From the IMG/VR virus record IMGVR_UViG_3300029288_000086, positions 1 to 64,000 of that record: DNA of 64,000 nucleotides. One strand, given 5' to 3'. Made by a program: the position numbers and the translations under genes. Below the pieces are notes generated by a model. The model was not told the origin of the DNA, ran no database searches, and worked only from the letters and a program-made list of their open reading frames with translations. Source of the stretch: a virus. Lineage: Duplodnaviria; Caudoviricetes. Numbering within the stretch: position 1 is the first letter of the stretch; each line of letters starts with the position of its first letter. This document shows, in pieces, positions 1-10,557 of this stretch.

Positions 1-52
1 CCCCATGAAAGATTTGTTTCATGGGCGAGAATTAGATAAAAGGAGAATAAAA

Positions 53-421
53 ATGGAAGAATATAGTGAATTAACGAAAAGCGAATTACAAGATATTGAA
101 GAAGAATTTGATACATTTTGGAAGCCTCTGATCATTAATGAAGATGGGTCAGTTAATTTAGATCATCTTAAAAGAGAACTCACAGACTATTCAACATTCG
201 TCGGAGAAGTTTCTAAGGTTTATGATAATGTGACCCATGGTAATATTAGTAAGCCAAATACTTCTGCCGAAGACGTTATTGCTGTCGCTAATGACGAAAA
301 TGATAAGTTTTATTACAATTTATTTAGAGACGATGTTTTATCTATTTTAGACGAAGAATCTTTGTCGTCAGAAGATAAATTAGAAGAAATTCGTGAATAT
401 TTTAAAGAAGAAAAAGAATAA
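53..421 (+). CDS. hypothetical acidic protein
   Basis: ORF 5..421; AGGAG RBS precedes ATG at 53; the upstream ATG belongs to the repeat site. Confidence 0.75.
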   Translation: MEEYSELTKSELQDIEEEFDTFWKPLIINEDGSVNLDHLKRELTDYSTFVGEVSKVYDNVTHGNISKPNTSAEDVIAVANDENDKFYYNLFRDDVLSILDEESLSSEDKLEEIREYFKEEKE

Positions 422-513
422 TAAAATTAACCACCATATGTACTGTATCGTTAGGCGATATGCCACTATATAGGGATTGTTACCCATGAAATCAATATTT
501 TATTAGGAGAAAT

Positions 514-1814
514 ATGAAAAAAATTAAAAAAATAAAACTTATAGCTGAAACAGACGATGGTGAAGAATGGGTTGTAATGAATAATCAATATAATAATGCC
601 GAAATAAAATTTGAAAGAGGTTTTGAAGAAGTTTCTTTTGATGGATTGCTCATGACGGCAATTCCAATAAATACATATCATATTATTATTAAAGATGCCC
701 AATAAAAGAACTATTTCATGGAGAATGGAATAAAAAATGGTTAGAGATTTAAAAGATTATGACAAAATGATTAATTTTGTAAGACAATTACAACTTGATC
801 AAAAGAAAGAACTTGGCATTGCTGGATGGGCAAGTAACTTTGAAATTTTTATTGATGGCGAAAAAGTTTTGCCGAAAGATGGTATTTTGCATCATTTTGT
901 TATTAATGCAAATATACCATGAAAAGACTTTTTGTGAGAAGGGATAACGCATGGTCACTATTTTAAATATTGATCAATTTACGAAAGAAATCAAGGGATG
1001 GATTCTAGCAACAGATATTGATGATGCTAGAAGACAAGCACAAATTGGATTTTTAAATGATTTGGCAGCAGAATTATATCAAATGACTTACTTGCCAAAA
1101 CTTACTAAATATCAGATGAAGTGCGGATATTTGATGTTACAATGAAAGGACTCTTTCATTAGAAAGGTAAAATATTATGTTTGTTTTGGATACAGGCATT
1201 TTAAATATTTTAGTGCACATCGCTTCTGTGTCTGCTTTATTAGCTTTTATTTTCGGATTAGTTTTTCTTTTAATTTATAGTAAAAATAAATCAATTTTGA
1301 TGCGTTTTTCTGGAATATTATTTATTAGTGCATTTTTTATTTTTTTTAGTAGTTCTACAACTTTAACATTAATGAATAATTTTGCAACAAGATTTGGAAC
1401 TCCCGAAAACGCATCAAATGTTGTTTACTTTAGCATTTACTGTATAATTATTGCATTTTCTTATATAATTATATCACTTATGAGTTTAATATTTGATTGG
1501 GGTTGTTCGAATAAAGTTATTTTTATAATTTTATTGTTATCAAGTTTTATACTTTCTATTTTATTGTTTGTTTTTATGCATGGTTTATGGTGGTGAAAAA
1601 ATTATATTCGTTAGATATTCGGGGAAGAGAAAAAGAATGGTCTTTTGAAATAATAGTAGATCCGAAATATATAGAAGAATGGAGAATTGATGGAATAAAA
1701 ATAAACGAAATTGTGAATAAAATTCCACAATGGTGGGTAGATATGTGGTTTTCTGTGAAGTTTTGGTGTTTTTGGCAAGATTTGTTCAATTTTAATAATC
1801 TATTTGCAAAGTAA
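514..1814 (+). CDS. run of small hypothetical ORFs (514-705, 737-922, 951-1145, membrane protein 1177-1596, 1587-1814)
   Basis: RBS-preceded co-oriented ORFs; the first three end inside repeat sites; 1177-1596 has ~4 hydrophobic segments. Confidence 0.7.
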
Positions 1815-1823
1815 GGAGAAAAT

Positions 1824-2270
1824 ATGAATAAGATAAGATTGACAGTTTGTGCATTTGTATTGGCAATAACAATGTTTCTCGTTAGCTGTGATCGTGGAAA
1901 AACAATTAGTGTGGATATGGAAGATGGGGGAAAAACATTTGTAGTTTCTGTAAATGATATCATAAAAATAAATTTGCCCAGCAACCCTTCGACCGGATAT
2001 ATGTGGGTAATAATGGATTTTGGTGAGGAGAGTGATAATAATAGCAGTATATTAAAACAAATAGAAGATTATAAGTTTACATCCAATGCTGGAAATAATG
2101 TCGTAGGGGCAGATGGCATTTCAACAATTACTTTTAAAGCAATATCTATTGGAGATACTGGAATTAGTCTTATTTATGTCCATCCTTGGGAATGGGAAAA
2201 CGGAGAACTATCTACATTTTCTACAGAGAATGGACTTAGTAGTTTTAGAATATCCGTAGAAGTAAAATAG
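1824..2270 (+). CDS. chagasin / inhibitor I42-family cysteine protease inhibitor, lipoprotein
   Basis: Signal peptide with lipobox-like LVSC; I42 loop motifs NPSTGYMW, VGADG, YVHPWE. Confidence 0.8.
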   Translation: MNKIRLTVCAFVLAITMFLVSCDRGKTISVDMEDGGKTFVVSVNDIIKINLPSNPSTGYMWVIMDFGEESDNNSSILKQIEDYKFTSNAGNNVVGADGISTITFKAISIGDTGISLIYVHPWEWENGELSTFSTENGLSSFRISVEVK

Positions 2271-2300
2271 TTTTTCATAAAAACAAGGAGGATCATTGAT

Positions 2301-3089
2301 ATGAATGTTAGTAAAAAAATTAAATTAATTATTGGATTTTTGTTGTTGATATTAGTGTTTTTAATTGCTTTTAGTGGCATGAATATGGCTTCCGCATCTG
2401 GATTAGATATAATTCCCACATCATATCCAACTCCACACAAAACACAAATGATTTATGAGTATGGGACGACCAATAATGATAAAAATATTTATAATGGATA
2501 TTGGGAAGGAAATTATTGGATAGCAGGAGTGCCATCTTACGAAACGCTAATGTTGCGAATGCCTATAGTTGCCGGAGGCTCTGCTGTAGTCTATGATCGA
2601 GGCTTAATGGAAGCAACGGCAAGACAAGGCGGATACGATATAAGCAAGTATGTTGGATCGGTTGCTGTTCCTTTTTGGTCTGAAGTAGGACACGAGGTAT
2701 GGATATATAATCCAGAATTTGGCTGGGATGGCCCTTTTCTAATCGTAGATATTTCTAGACAAATTGATGTATATCGGCAAATTGTCTATCAAAATCAGGT
2801 GGTCGAACTTGATTTTGAAACAGGTAAGCGATGGGGTATGTGGAAAACTGTTCGCGGAGAAGATATTTTAATTGATGGAAGATTGGACGGCATACTGGTT
2901 TCAAAAGTGAATCCAGAATTGGCAGACTCATATCCAGCAATTCAGTTATCAGATTTCTTTTTAGAAAATGTTAAATATACCACACATTATGAATCACCGC
3001 CAGTTTATAGACCTCCAAAATTGACAGGGTTTTCGCTACCTATTTGGAAAATTGGTGATTATTGGGTAATATTTCCAGGAATTGAATAA
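2301..3089 (+). CDS. secreted/membrane-anchored protein, possible double-psi beta-barrel (RlpA/3D-like) domain
   Basis: N-terminal hydrophobic signal; VAVP..GHEVWI..GPFLIVD..VELD pattern reminiscent of DPBB folds (inference). Confidence 0.45.
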   Translation: MNVSKKIKLIIGFLLLILVFLIAFSGMNMASASGLDIIPTSYPTPHKTQMIYEYGTTNNDKNIYNGYWEGNYWIAGVPSYETLMLRMPIVAGGSAVVYDRGLMEATARQGGYDISKYVGSVAVPFWSEVGHEVWIYNPEFGWDGPFLIVDISRQIDVYRQIVYQNQVVELDFETGKRWGMWKTVRGEDILIDGRLDGILVSKVNPELADSYPAIQLSDFFLENVKYTTHYESPPVYRPPKLTGFSLPIWKIGDYWVIFPGIE

Positions 3090-3122
3090 TAAGATTATAT
3101 TAAAAATGATCAAAGTGCTAAA

Positions 3123-3551
3123 ATGAATAAAATAAAATTTGTGTTGTTGATGTTAGTTTTGTTGCTAGGATTCTGTCTAACTAGTTGTAACAGCTCTAAA
3201 ATAATAAATATATATGAGGATAATAATGGAGCCATGTTAAACATTAATGAAGACAATACCCTTAAAATAAGTTTGCCAAATGATTGTTCTGAAACTTTGA
3301 CTTGGGTAATTGTTGAGTTTACCTATATCAATAGCTATATGGAAACAATGAGCAAAAAGGATGTTTCGTTTGGAACATCACAATCTGACACTTGTATAAA
3401 TGGCTTAGATGTTATACAATTTAAACTAAAGTCAAAAGGACAATATTGGATTACTTTGGCATATGCTCAACCTTGGGAAAATGCAATTGCTAGTGATATA
3501 AATTTTTATGAAAATCATAAAATGTTTCAGCTAGCAGCAAATGTAAGATAA
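3123..3551 (+). CDS. divergent chagasin/I42-like lipoprotein (paralog of 1824-2270)
   Basis: Lipobox-like LTSC; ISLPN..W and YAQPWE align with the upstream paralog; NPxTGY loop degenerate. Confidence 0.65.
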   Translation: MNKIKFVLLMLVLLLGFCLTSCNSSKIINIYEDNNGAMLNINEDNTLKISLPNDCSETLTWVIVEFTYINSYMETMSKKDVSFGTSQSDTCINGLDVIQFKLKSKGQYWITLAYAQPWENAIASDINFYENHKMFQLAANVR

Positions 3552-3594
3552 TAAAATGACTATTTCATTGTAAAGATTAAAAAAGGATTAAAAT

Positions 3595-5403
3595 GTGAAT
3601 ATTGCAGTTATTGATGCTGAAATTATAGGTAAAAACAAACATAGATTTCCTAATTTAGCCTTAATGAAAATTTCAGGCTACCATAAATCTATCGGTGACA
3701 ATGTAGTATTTAAAACAAATTATAACGAACTATCACAATACGATACCGTATATGTCTCCAAAGTTTTTACTGATACTCCTATTGATATAGAAATTCTCGA
3801 ATATAAAAATGTTAAATATGGCGGAACGGGTTTCTTTTATGATAAAGCAGAATCATTACCTGACAATATTGAACATCATATGCCAGATTATGATTTATAT
3901 AAAAATTGGGTAGATCAGCAAATATCTGATGGAAAAAACAAAATAGATTTTAAATATTATACTGATTATTCGATTGGGTTTACGACGAGAGGATGTTTTA
4001 GGCATTGTAGTTTTTGTGTTAATCAAAGATTCTCAAAAGTCACAAAGCACAGCGACCTATCTGAATTTGTTGATGAAGATAGAAAATATATTTGCCTTTT
4101 AGATGATAATATTTTAGGTTATTCAAATTGGAAAACTGTTTTTGATAATTTAAAAAATTCTAAAAAGTATTTTGAATATAAACAAGGTATGGATATTCGA
4201 ATTCTCAACGACGAAAAAGCAAAAGTTTTATCTACAGCAAACTATAAGTGCAACAATGGTTTTATGTTTGCTTTTGACAGTATCAAAGATAAAGAAATGA
4301 TAATCGAGAAGTTAAAAATATGGAGAAAATACTACAATAAAACAACTAAAATGTATGTTCTTTGCGCATATGATGAGTATGATAAGTATGATGAATCTTT
4401 TTGGATTAATGATATAAAAAATACATTTGAAAGAATTTTTGTATTGATGCAATATGGATGCATTCCTTATATTATGAGATACAACAAATATTTAGGAAGC
4501 CCTTATGAGAAACTATACACTGCTATTGCAGGGTGGTGTAATAATCCCCGTGAATTTATGATGAAGCCTTTTTCTGCATTTTATAAAAAATATAAGGAAT
4601 TTAATTTAAATATACCAAAACATTATTGGGATATGAATTATGAAGATATAAATAATTTTCCTTATTCTGATACAGAAGATTTGTCAAAGTGGAAGATTGC
4701 TAATTCTAACAAAAATATTCATGATATCAATCGAGAAGATATAAAAAGTAAAAGCATAGACATTATAGTATCTAGAAATTTTGATAATATTCTTTTCGAA
4801 AAAATATTAAAAAATAAAGGATTCGCAATATTAGAAAAATCAAAATTTAATAATTTTGATAACAGAATATTTTCAGTAAAGAAATCTACAGAAAATTATC
4901 TTATAATAGGGTTTAGCGATAATTATGATACAGAAAAATATTTGGATCATTATTCTAGAATTAGAGATTACATAAAAAGGAAAGTTTTGCTATCGGAATA
5001 TAAGTATAGCTCTCAAAATATTATTGACATTTTTTCTAAAATTAATAATATTACAAATCCAATAAATGCCAGACAAAGATCACAACAGAGATTGAATTAT
5101 AATTATAATCAATTTACTCTAATGACAGAAACAGAATATTTATCGTTGTCAAAATTTTTCAATTTTGATATTCGGTATAATGATTTGCTGATCATAAAAA
5201 ACGAAGACGATGAGACATATGAAAGGATAAGAAAAAACAATAAAATAAAAAATACTATAAATGTATTAGATAAAATAAGTAGCCAAGATTCGTTGATTGA
5301 TATTATAAAAAAGATTCAAAACAATAAATTAATATATTTTCATGATTATGAAATTGACGGTTTTGAAGACATTCAGTATGTAAATATATTAAGAAATATA
5401 TAA
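3595..5403 (+). CDS. radical SAM-like protein with extra C-terminal domain
   Basis: TTRGCFRHCSFC (CxxxCxxC), N-terminal FPNLALMKIS motif, LLDDN, QGMDIR. Confidence 0.75.
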   Translation: MNIAVIDAEIIGKNKHRFPNLALMKISGYHKSIGDNVVFKTNYNELSQYDTVYVSKVFTDTPIDIEILEYKNVKYGGTGFFYDKAESLPDNIEHHMPDYDLYKNWVDQQISDGKNKIDFKYYTDYSIGFTTRGCFRHCSFCVNQRFSKVTKHSDLSEFVDEDRKYICLLDDNILGYSNWKTVFDNLKNSKKYFEYKQGMDIRILNDEKAKVLSTANYKCNNGFMFAFDSIKDKEMIIEKLKIWRKYYNKTTKMYVLCAYDEYDKYDESFWINDIKNTFERIFVLMQYGCIPYIMRYNKYLGSPYEKLYTAIAGWCNNPREFMMKPFSAFYKKYKEFNLNIPKHYWDMNYEDINNFPYSDTEDLSKWKIANSNKNIHDINREDIKSKSIDIIVSRNFDNILFEKILKNKGFAILEKSKFNNFDNRIFSVKKSTENYLIIGFSDNYDTEKYLDHYSRIRDYIKRKVLLSEYKYSSQNIIDIFSKINNITNPINARQRSQQRLNYNYNQFTLMTETEYLSLSKFFNFDIRYNDLLIIKNEDDETYERIRKNNKIKNTINVLDKISSQDSLIDIIKKIQNNKLIYFHDYEIDGFEDIQYVNILRNI

Positions 5404-5433
5404 ATTACCCCATGAAATATGACTTTCATGCGG

Positions 5434-5509
5434 TTATCGCGTCAATAATCGCGACAAAATGACGCGATAAATCATTATTTTTTATTGCGAAATGCTATCG
5501 CGACAAAAT
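5434..5509. repeat. ATCGCG repeat cluster (inverted and direct)
   Basis: TTATCGCGTCA 5434-5444 / TGACGCGATAA 5460-5470 inverted; ATCGCGACAAAAT at 5448-5460 and 5497-5509. Confidence 0.85.
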
Positions 5510-5536
5510 TAATAGAAAATTAGTCCTATTTTACCC

Positions 5537-5565
5537 TTGACAAAAATTGAATTGTGTGATAGTAT
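5537..5565 (+). promoter_or_regulatory. sigma70/SigA-type promoter, extended -10
   Basis: TTGACA-17 nt-TAGTAT with TGn before -10. Confidence 0.75.
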
Positions 5566-5599
5566 TAAGTAAATCTAAAATTATAAAGGAGGTATAAAG

Positions 5600-6586
5600 T
5601 TGCAAAACAAAGTTGAAAAGAAATTTGCAGTAAAAGCATTTCAGTGGGTAATGGAAAAACACAAAGATCAAGATTATCCTACTCGCAAGTTGGTTGAAGT
5701 GGGGAAAGACTTGTCTTGGCAAGATGCTAAGAAAATGCAAAAAGAAAATATTGGAAGTTGGATTGTATAGGAGAAAAATAAAATGAGAAAACTAACACCA
5801 AAAGCGACAGATTTGATCGAAACAAAATATGATAGTGATTTTTCAGAATTACAATTTGGATTTTGGGACGAAGAAGCCGAAGAATTTATCCCCCTGGATG
5901 GAAGCGCCGAAATGTTTAATATTATTTCTGAAAAAACAGGGTTATCAAGGACAGTTCTAGATTGTCTACAAATGTTTGCTGCCGATATTAATGATAGATT
6001 TAACGCTTTGAACAATGATGTCGCAGAGCTTGCGTCAAAAGTTTTTTAACCCACCATAAAACGAACATTTCATATGGTTAAAATAGAAAAAACATGATAA
6101 TTACTGATATTTCAACACCAAAAACAATAAAACTAAATATGAATGATAAAAATTATAGTGTTACTGCGCTCTATATTTCTGCTCCCACTTTAGAACTCTT
6201 AAACCAAGCAAAAGAGGGATGTATAAAATATTTGCCATTTTCTTATAAACTCCCTTGTGGCAATGTTTTTTCAATGTCTTCGGTAGAAGAATTAAATAAT
6301 CTTCACTTTAAAGACGTTCTCTGCCCTTGTGGAAATAAGAATCATTGGTTTGTTAGATGTGTTATTGATCCGTCATTAGGCAAAAGGACTGAAGATGTGG
6401 CTTAAAAAGAAGTCTAAACCTGAGAAAACTCCAGAGCAAGAGGCATATGAATATGGAATTAAATTATGTATTACAGAATTACAAACTGGAGTTAGTGATA
6501 AAAGAGAATTATTATCGCAATTTGAAAAATTTAAAAAATGGAATTATCCGCCTCGTTGTGGAACTTGTGGTGGAAGATTAGACTAA
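5600..6586 (+). CDS. small hypothetical ORFs (5600-5770 TTG start, 5783-6049, 6094-6405, 6395-6586)
   Basis: Co-oriented short ORFs; 5600-5770 (56 aa) follows AAGGAGG and is not in the supplied track. Confidence 0.65.
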
Positions 6587-6603
6587 AACATTGGAGAATT
6601 AAT

Positions 6604-8112
6604 TTGAATAAAATTTCAGTATTTGGTAATAGTGGATTTATTGGTAGCAGATTTTGTAGTATGTTTCCAGAAGAAATAGTAAAAATCCCAAGGGGGCAAA
6701 GAGAGTCGGAAACCAACGAAATTTTAAATTTTATCAGTACTACACATAATTATAATATTTACGATGATGTTCTAAAAGATCTCGATACAAACGTGGTTAC
6801 TATGTTGCAAATACTAGACAGTGCTAAAAAGAAATTTGGTAATGATTTTGTTTTTAATCAAGTCTCAACATGGTCTGTTTACGGAAATGTAGAACTACCA
6901 GCGAAAGAAGAATGTTTTTGTAATCCTACTGGCTTTTACTCTATTACGAAACGAACGGCAGAACAAATGCTTATCGCTTATTGTAAAATTTTTGATATTA
7001 AATATCGTATATTTCGTCTTTGTAATGTTATTGGCGAATCAGATAAAATCGTACCTAAGAAAAAGAATGCACTTCAATATCTTATTAATGAACTAAAAGA
7101 AAATCGAGAAGTAAATCTCTATCATAATGGTGATTTTCTTAGAGAATATATGTATGTAGACGACATTTGTTCTGCTATGCATTTGTGTATAAATAAAGGA
7201 AATACTAATGAAATTTATAATATTGGGAATGGAAAGAAAACTGTATTTGGAGATTTGATTAATTATTGTAAAAAACATTTAAATTCAACTAGCAAAGTGA
7301 ATAGAATTGGCCCATCTAAATTCCACGATATTGTTCAAACAAAAGATATGTATCTAGATGTTAGCAAAATAAAATCTTTAGGATTTAAACCAAAAACCGA
7401 TGTTTATAAAGCATTAGATGTTATTATGGACAACAAATATTTATTGCACGATCAAAAAGGATCAGATATGAAAATCAATTTACCAGACGTTACATTATTA
7501 GCTATTAGCTCTATAGAAATTCCTGCTACTATTAAAGCCTTACAAATTTCTGCGGAAAAAATAAATTTTGCTAAAATTGTATTGGTATCAGATGTTAAAC
7601 CCGATGATTTACCCGACAATATTGAATATAAATACTATCCTAAAATCACAAATACGCATGAATTTGATGTATTTGCTGTAGAACATTTGGGTGAATATTT
7701 TGATACCTCACATGTTTTGATGGTTCAGTATCACGGATATGTCATTCATCCCGAACTATGGGATGACGATTGGTTGAAATACGACTTCATTGGAGCTTTA
7801 TGGCCGGAGAGACCAGAATTCATTTCGGTGAGCACAAATACAATGGTGCGTGTCGGAAATGGCGGATTCTCACTTCGTAGCAAAAAATTGTATGACACAG
7901 TAGAAAAACTAGGATTAAAATGCGTTTATGATAGAGGCTACAGCAATGATGATGGACTTTTGAATTCTTACTATAGAAAAACTCTAATTGAAAACGGGAT
8001 AAATTATCCTCTCCCTGAAGCTGTTGCTAAGTTTTCCTATGAGAATTTAGTTCCCGAAAATGTAGGATTACAAACATTTGGCTTCCATCGTTACGCTGGG
8101 GCATATAATTAA
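6604..8112 (+). CDS. NAD-dependent sugar epimerase/dehydratase fused to DUF5672-like glycosyltransferase-associated domain
   Basis: GNSGFIG Rossmann motif, YSITK (YxxxK), YNIGNG; C-terminal YDFIGA..VGNGGFSLRSKK; likely TTG start at 6604 after GGAG. Confidence 0.8.
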   Translation: MNKISVFGNSGFIGSRFCSMFPEEIVKIPRGQRESETNEILNFISTTHNYNIYDDVLKDLDTNVVTMLQILDSAKKKFGNDFVFNQVSTWSVYGNVELPAKEECFCNPTGFYSITKRTAEQMLIAYCKIFDIKYRIFRLCNVIGESDKIVPKKKNALQYLINELKENREVNLYHNGDFLREYMYVDDICSAMHLCINKGNTNEIYNIGNGKKTVFGDLINYCKKHLNSTSKVNRIGPSKFHDIVQTKDMYLDVSKIKSLGFKPKTDVYKALDVIMDNKYLLHDQKGSDMKINLPDVTLLAISSIEIPATIKALQISAEKINFAKIVLVSDVKPDDLPDNIEYKYYPKITNTHEFDVFAVEHLGEYFDTSHVLMVQYHGYVIHPELWDDDWLKYDFIGALWPERPEFISVSTNTMVRVGNGGFSLRSKKLYDTVEKLGLKCVYDRGYSNDDGLLNSYYRKTLIENGINYPLPEAVAKFSYENLVPENVGLQTFGFHRYAGAYN

Positions 8113-9173
8113 TGGCAAAATATGATTACGTTATCGCCGGCGCAGGTCTTGCAGGAGCAACTTGTGCCAGAGAACTTACAGACAAAGGCTATAAATGTCT
8201 TGTTGTTGAACAACGGGCTTTTATTGGTGGAAATTGTCACGATGAATTAATTGGAGATGTATATTCTTCTTGTTTTGGTGGTCACTATTATACTACTAAT
8301 GACAAATTTTTATGGGATTATGTTAATAAATTCACACCACTTATCGAGTATAGACTAACAGCAAAATCAAATGTCAAAGGTAAAATTTATTCTTATCCTA
8401 TTAATTTATCAACCCTACATCAATTATGGGGTATTACTACTCCTAAAGAAGCAGAAGAAAAAATAGAAGAAGTCAGATTAAAAATAGATAATCCTGCAAA
8501 TTTTGAAGAAAAAGCATTAAGTGTTATTGGGCAAGAATTATATGAAACATTTATGTACGGATATCTCAAAAAGCATTGGGGCACGGAGCCAAAAAATCTT
8601 CCATTGAGCTTATGGGGTAGAATTCCAGTAAGAACATACTATGAGGATGTTTATTCTACAAGTAGATATCAAGGTGTTCCTGCTAATGGATGGAATTCTC
8701 TGTTTGATGCTATGCTAGATGGTATTGAAGTGAAATTAAACGAAGAATTTCAGCCTTCAAATATCTATGATAAATTAATTTATACTGGATCTATTGACAG
8801 ATTTTATGGGTATTGTTTTGGGGAATTAGATTATAGATGCGTAAATTATATTTATACCACTGAAGATATCGGTACTCCAATGATGGCATACCCAGGAATG
8901 GATGTGCCTTATGCCAGAAAATTCTGTTATAATTATTCCAATCCGTATGTTTCTCATAAAAATGTTGTTACTGCTATTGAGTATACTACCGGAAATGGCG
9001 GAGATATTTTAGCGTATCCTATCAATGATGAAAAGAATACTAAGTTATATGAAAAATATAAATCTCTAAATACAGAAAATGTCTTTTTCAGTGGCAGACT
9101 CGGCACCTACCGCTATTGGAATATGGATATGGTAATCGCATCCGCATTAAATTTAGTAAAAAAATTAACATAA
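8112..9173 (+). CDS. glf: UDP-galactopyranose mutase-like flavoprotein
   Basis: GAGLAG FAD motif, IGGNC, YTGSID, YP..., GRLGTYRYWNMD. Confidence 0.85.
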   Translation: MAKYDYVIAGAGLAGATCARELTDKGYKCLVVEQRAFIGGNCHDELIGDVYSSCFGGHYYTTNDKFLWDYVNKFTPLIEYRLTAKSNVKGKIYSYPINLSTLHQLWGITTPKEAEEKIEEVRLKIDNPANFEEKALSVIGQELYETFMYGYLKKHWGTEPKNLPLSLWGRIPVRTYYEDVYSTSRYQGVPANGWNSLFDAMLDGIEVKLNEEFQPSNIYDKLIYTGSIDRFYGYCFGELDYRCVNYIYTTEDIGTPMMAYPGMDVPYARKFCYNYSNPYVSHKNVVTAIEYTTGNGGDILAYPINDEKNTKLYEKYKSLNTENVFFSGRLGTYRYWNMDMVIASALNLVKKLT

Positions 9174-9192
9174 AGAAAAGGATAAAAATTAA

Positions 9193-9912
9193 ATGACATT
9201 ATTATCAGTTTGTATCCCCACATATGAAGCTGATGGAAGAGGGGTTGACTTTTTAAATTACAACTTTAAGCAGATGAAACTCCAGCTTTTTAAAGACTTC
9301 GAAATCGTAATCTCAGATGATTCGGCAGATGAAGTAATCAAAAACTATATAGAAGGCATCAAAGATTTAAATATTAAATATATAAAAAATGAAGGTAAAA
9401 AAGGCATTGCTGGGAATACCAATAACGCTATTAAAAATGCATCTGGTGAAATTATCCAAATCATGTGCCAAGATGACTATTTCTATAATAAATATTCTTT
9501 GCAAAAAATTGTAGATGCGTTTGATAAAAATATTGGTTGGATGGCGTCTATGTATATGCATACCAAAGACAGGCTGGGATTGTTCAAACAGCAAATTCCC
9601 ACATGGAATGACCAAATTTATTTTCAGAATACTATCGGTACACCATCTTGCTTATCTTTTTTAAACGATGATAATCCTGTCTTGGTTGATGAAAACCTAA
9701 AATGTTTTGTTGATTGTGAACAATATTATCGCATGTATAAAAAATGGGGATTGCCAAAAGTCTTGAAAGATTTAGTGATAGTTCAATATTTATGGGAAGG
9801 TCAAGCCACTAGCGGAATTACTCAAGAAATAATTAATGCGGAAGTCGCATATATCAATGAGAAAATAGCGAATATGAATAAGAAAGAAACTAATGAACAA
9901 AAATCTAATTAA
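9193..9912 (+). CDS. glycosyltransferase family 2
   Basis: SVCIPTY, FEIVISDD, NTNNAI..ASGE, QDD. Confidence 0.85.
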   Translation: MTLLSVCIPTYEADGRGVDFLNYNFKQMKLQLFKDFEIVISDDSADEVIKNYIEGIKDLNIKYIKNEGKKGIAGNTNNAIKNASGEIIQIMCQDDYFYNKYSLQKIVDAFDKNIGWMASMYMHTKDRLGLFKQQIPTWNDQIYFQNTIGTPSCLSFLNDDNPVLVDENLKCFVDCEQYYRMYKKWGLPKVLKDLVIVQYLWEGQATSGITQEIINAEVAYINEKIANMNKKETNEQKSN

Positions 9913-10555
9913 AGAACTGATAAAAAGAAACGATCCTGTATTCCTAGAGATAGGGGCTGGAGACGGAACCGATAGCAGAGAATTTATCAAACTATTTAAT
10001 GAAACAAATTTTGAATATTTTTTGTTTGAGCCAGATCAAAGAAATATATCCACAATTATAAATACTATACATGACGGCAGAGTTGTATTATATGAAGGAA
10101 TTGTCGGAGATAGAACTGGGATAGTCGATTTTTATCAATCAACCAAAAGCCCATCAACAGGAGAAGAATTAATATTTTCTAGCTCCATGAGAGAGCCAAC
10201 GGAAGTCCTTTATCGTACATGGCCTCAATTTGTTGGAGGATTTGCAAAGACAACTGTTAAGTCAACCAAGTTAGATGATTTTGTAGAATCTATGGGAATT
10301 GAGCGAGCGGACTTCGTTTGGCTAGACTGCCAAGGATGCGAAGATATGGTTATTTATGGTGGTAGAAATACGTTTGACAATAAAGTAAAATATTTATATA
10401 CAGAATATTCTGACAGAAAAATATATAAGGATGAACCAACATTGAACAATATTATGAGTATGCTTCCAAACTATAAAATTATAGAAACTTATCCTGCGCC
10501 CAAAAGTAATGGACTAGACGGCGATGTCTTGTTAAGAAACATGAAGGTGGAATAA
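9893..10555 (+). CDS. FkbM-family methyltransferase
   Basis: LEIGAGDG, FEPD, KLDD, WLDCQGCE. Confidence 0.85.
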   Translation: MNKNLIKELIKRNDPVFLEIGAGDGTDSREFIKLFNETNFEYFLFEPDQRNISTIINTIHDGRVVLYEGIVGDRTGIVDFYQSTKSPSTGEELIFSSSMREPTEVLYRTWPQFVGGFAKTTVKSTKLDDFVESMGIERADFVWLDCQGCEDMVIYGGRNTFDNKVKYLYTEYSDRKIYKDEPTLNNIMSMLPNYKIIETYPAPKSNGLDGDVLLRNMKVE

Positions 10556-10557
10556 TT

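Larger units (their letters stand above)
1..6073. repeat. Palindromic gene-junction site family ATRAAA-N6-TTTYAT, cluster 1 (8 copies)
   Basis: Left-arm start (spacer): 5 (GATTTG), 486 (TCAATA), 702 (GAACTA), 919 (AGACTT, degenerate right arm), 1142 (GGACTC), 3551 (TGACTA), 5412 (TATGAC), 6056 (CGAACA); usually preceded by (A)CCC(C). Confidence 0.95.
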
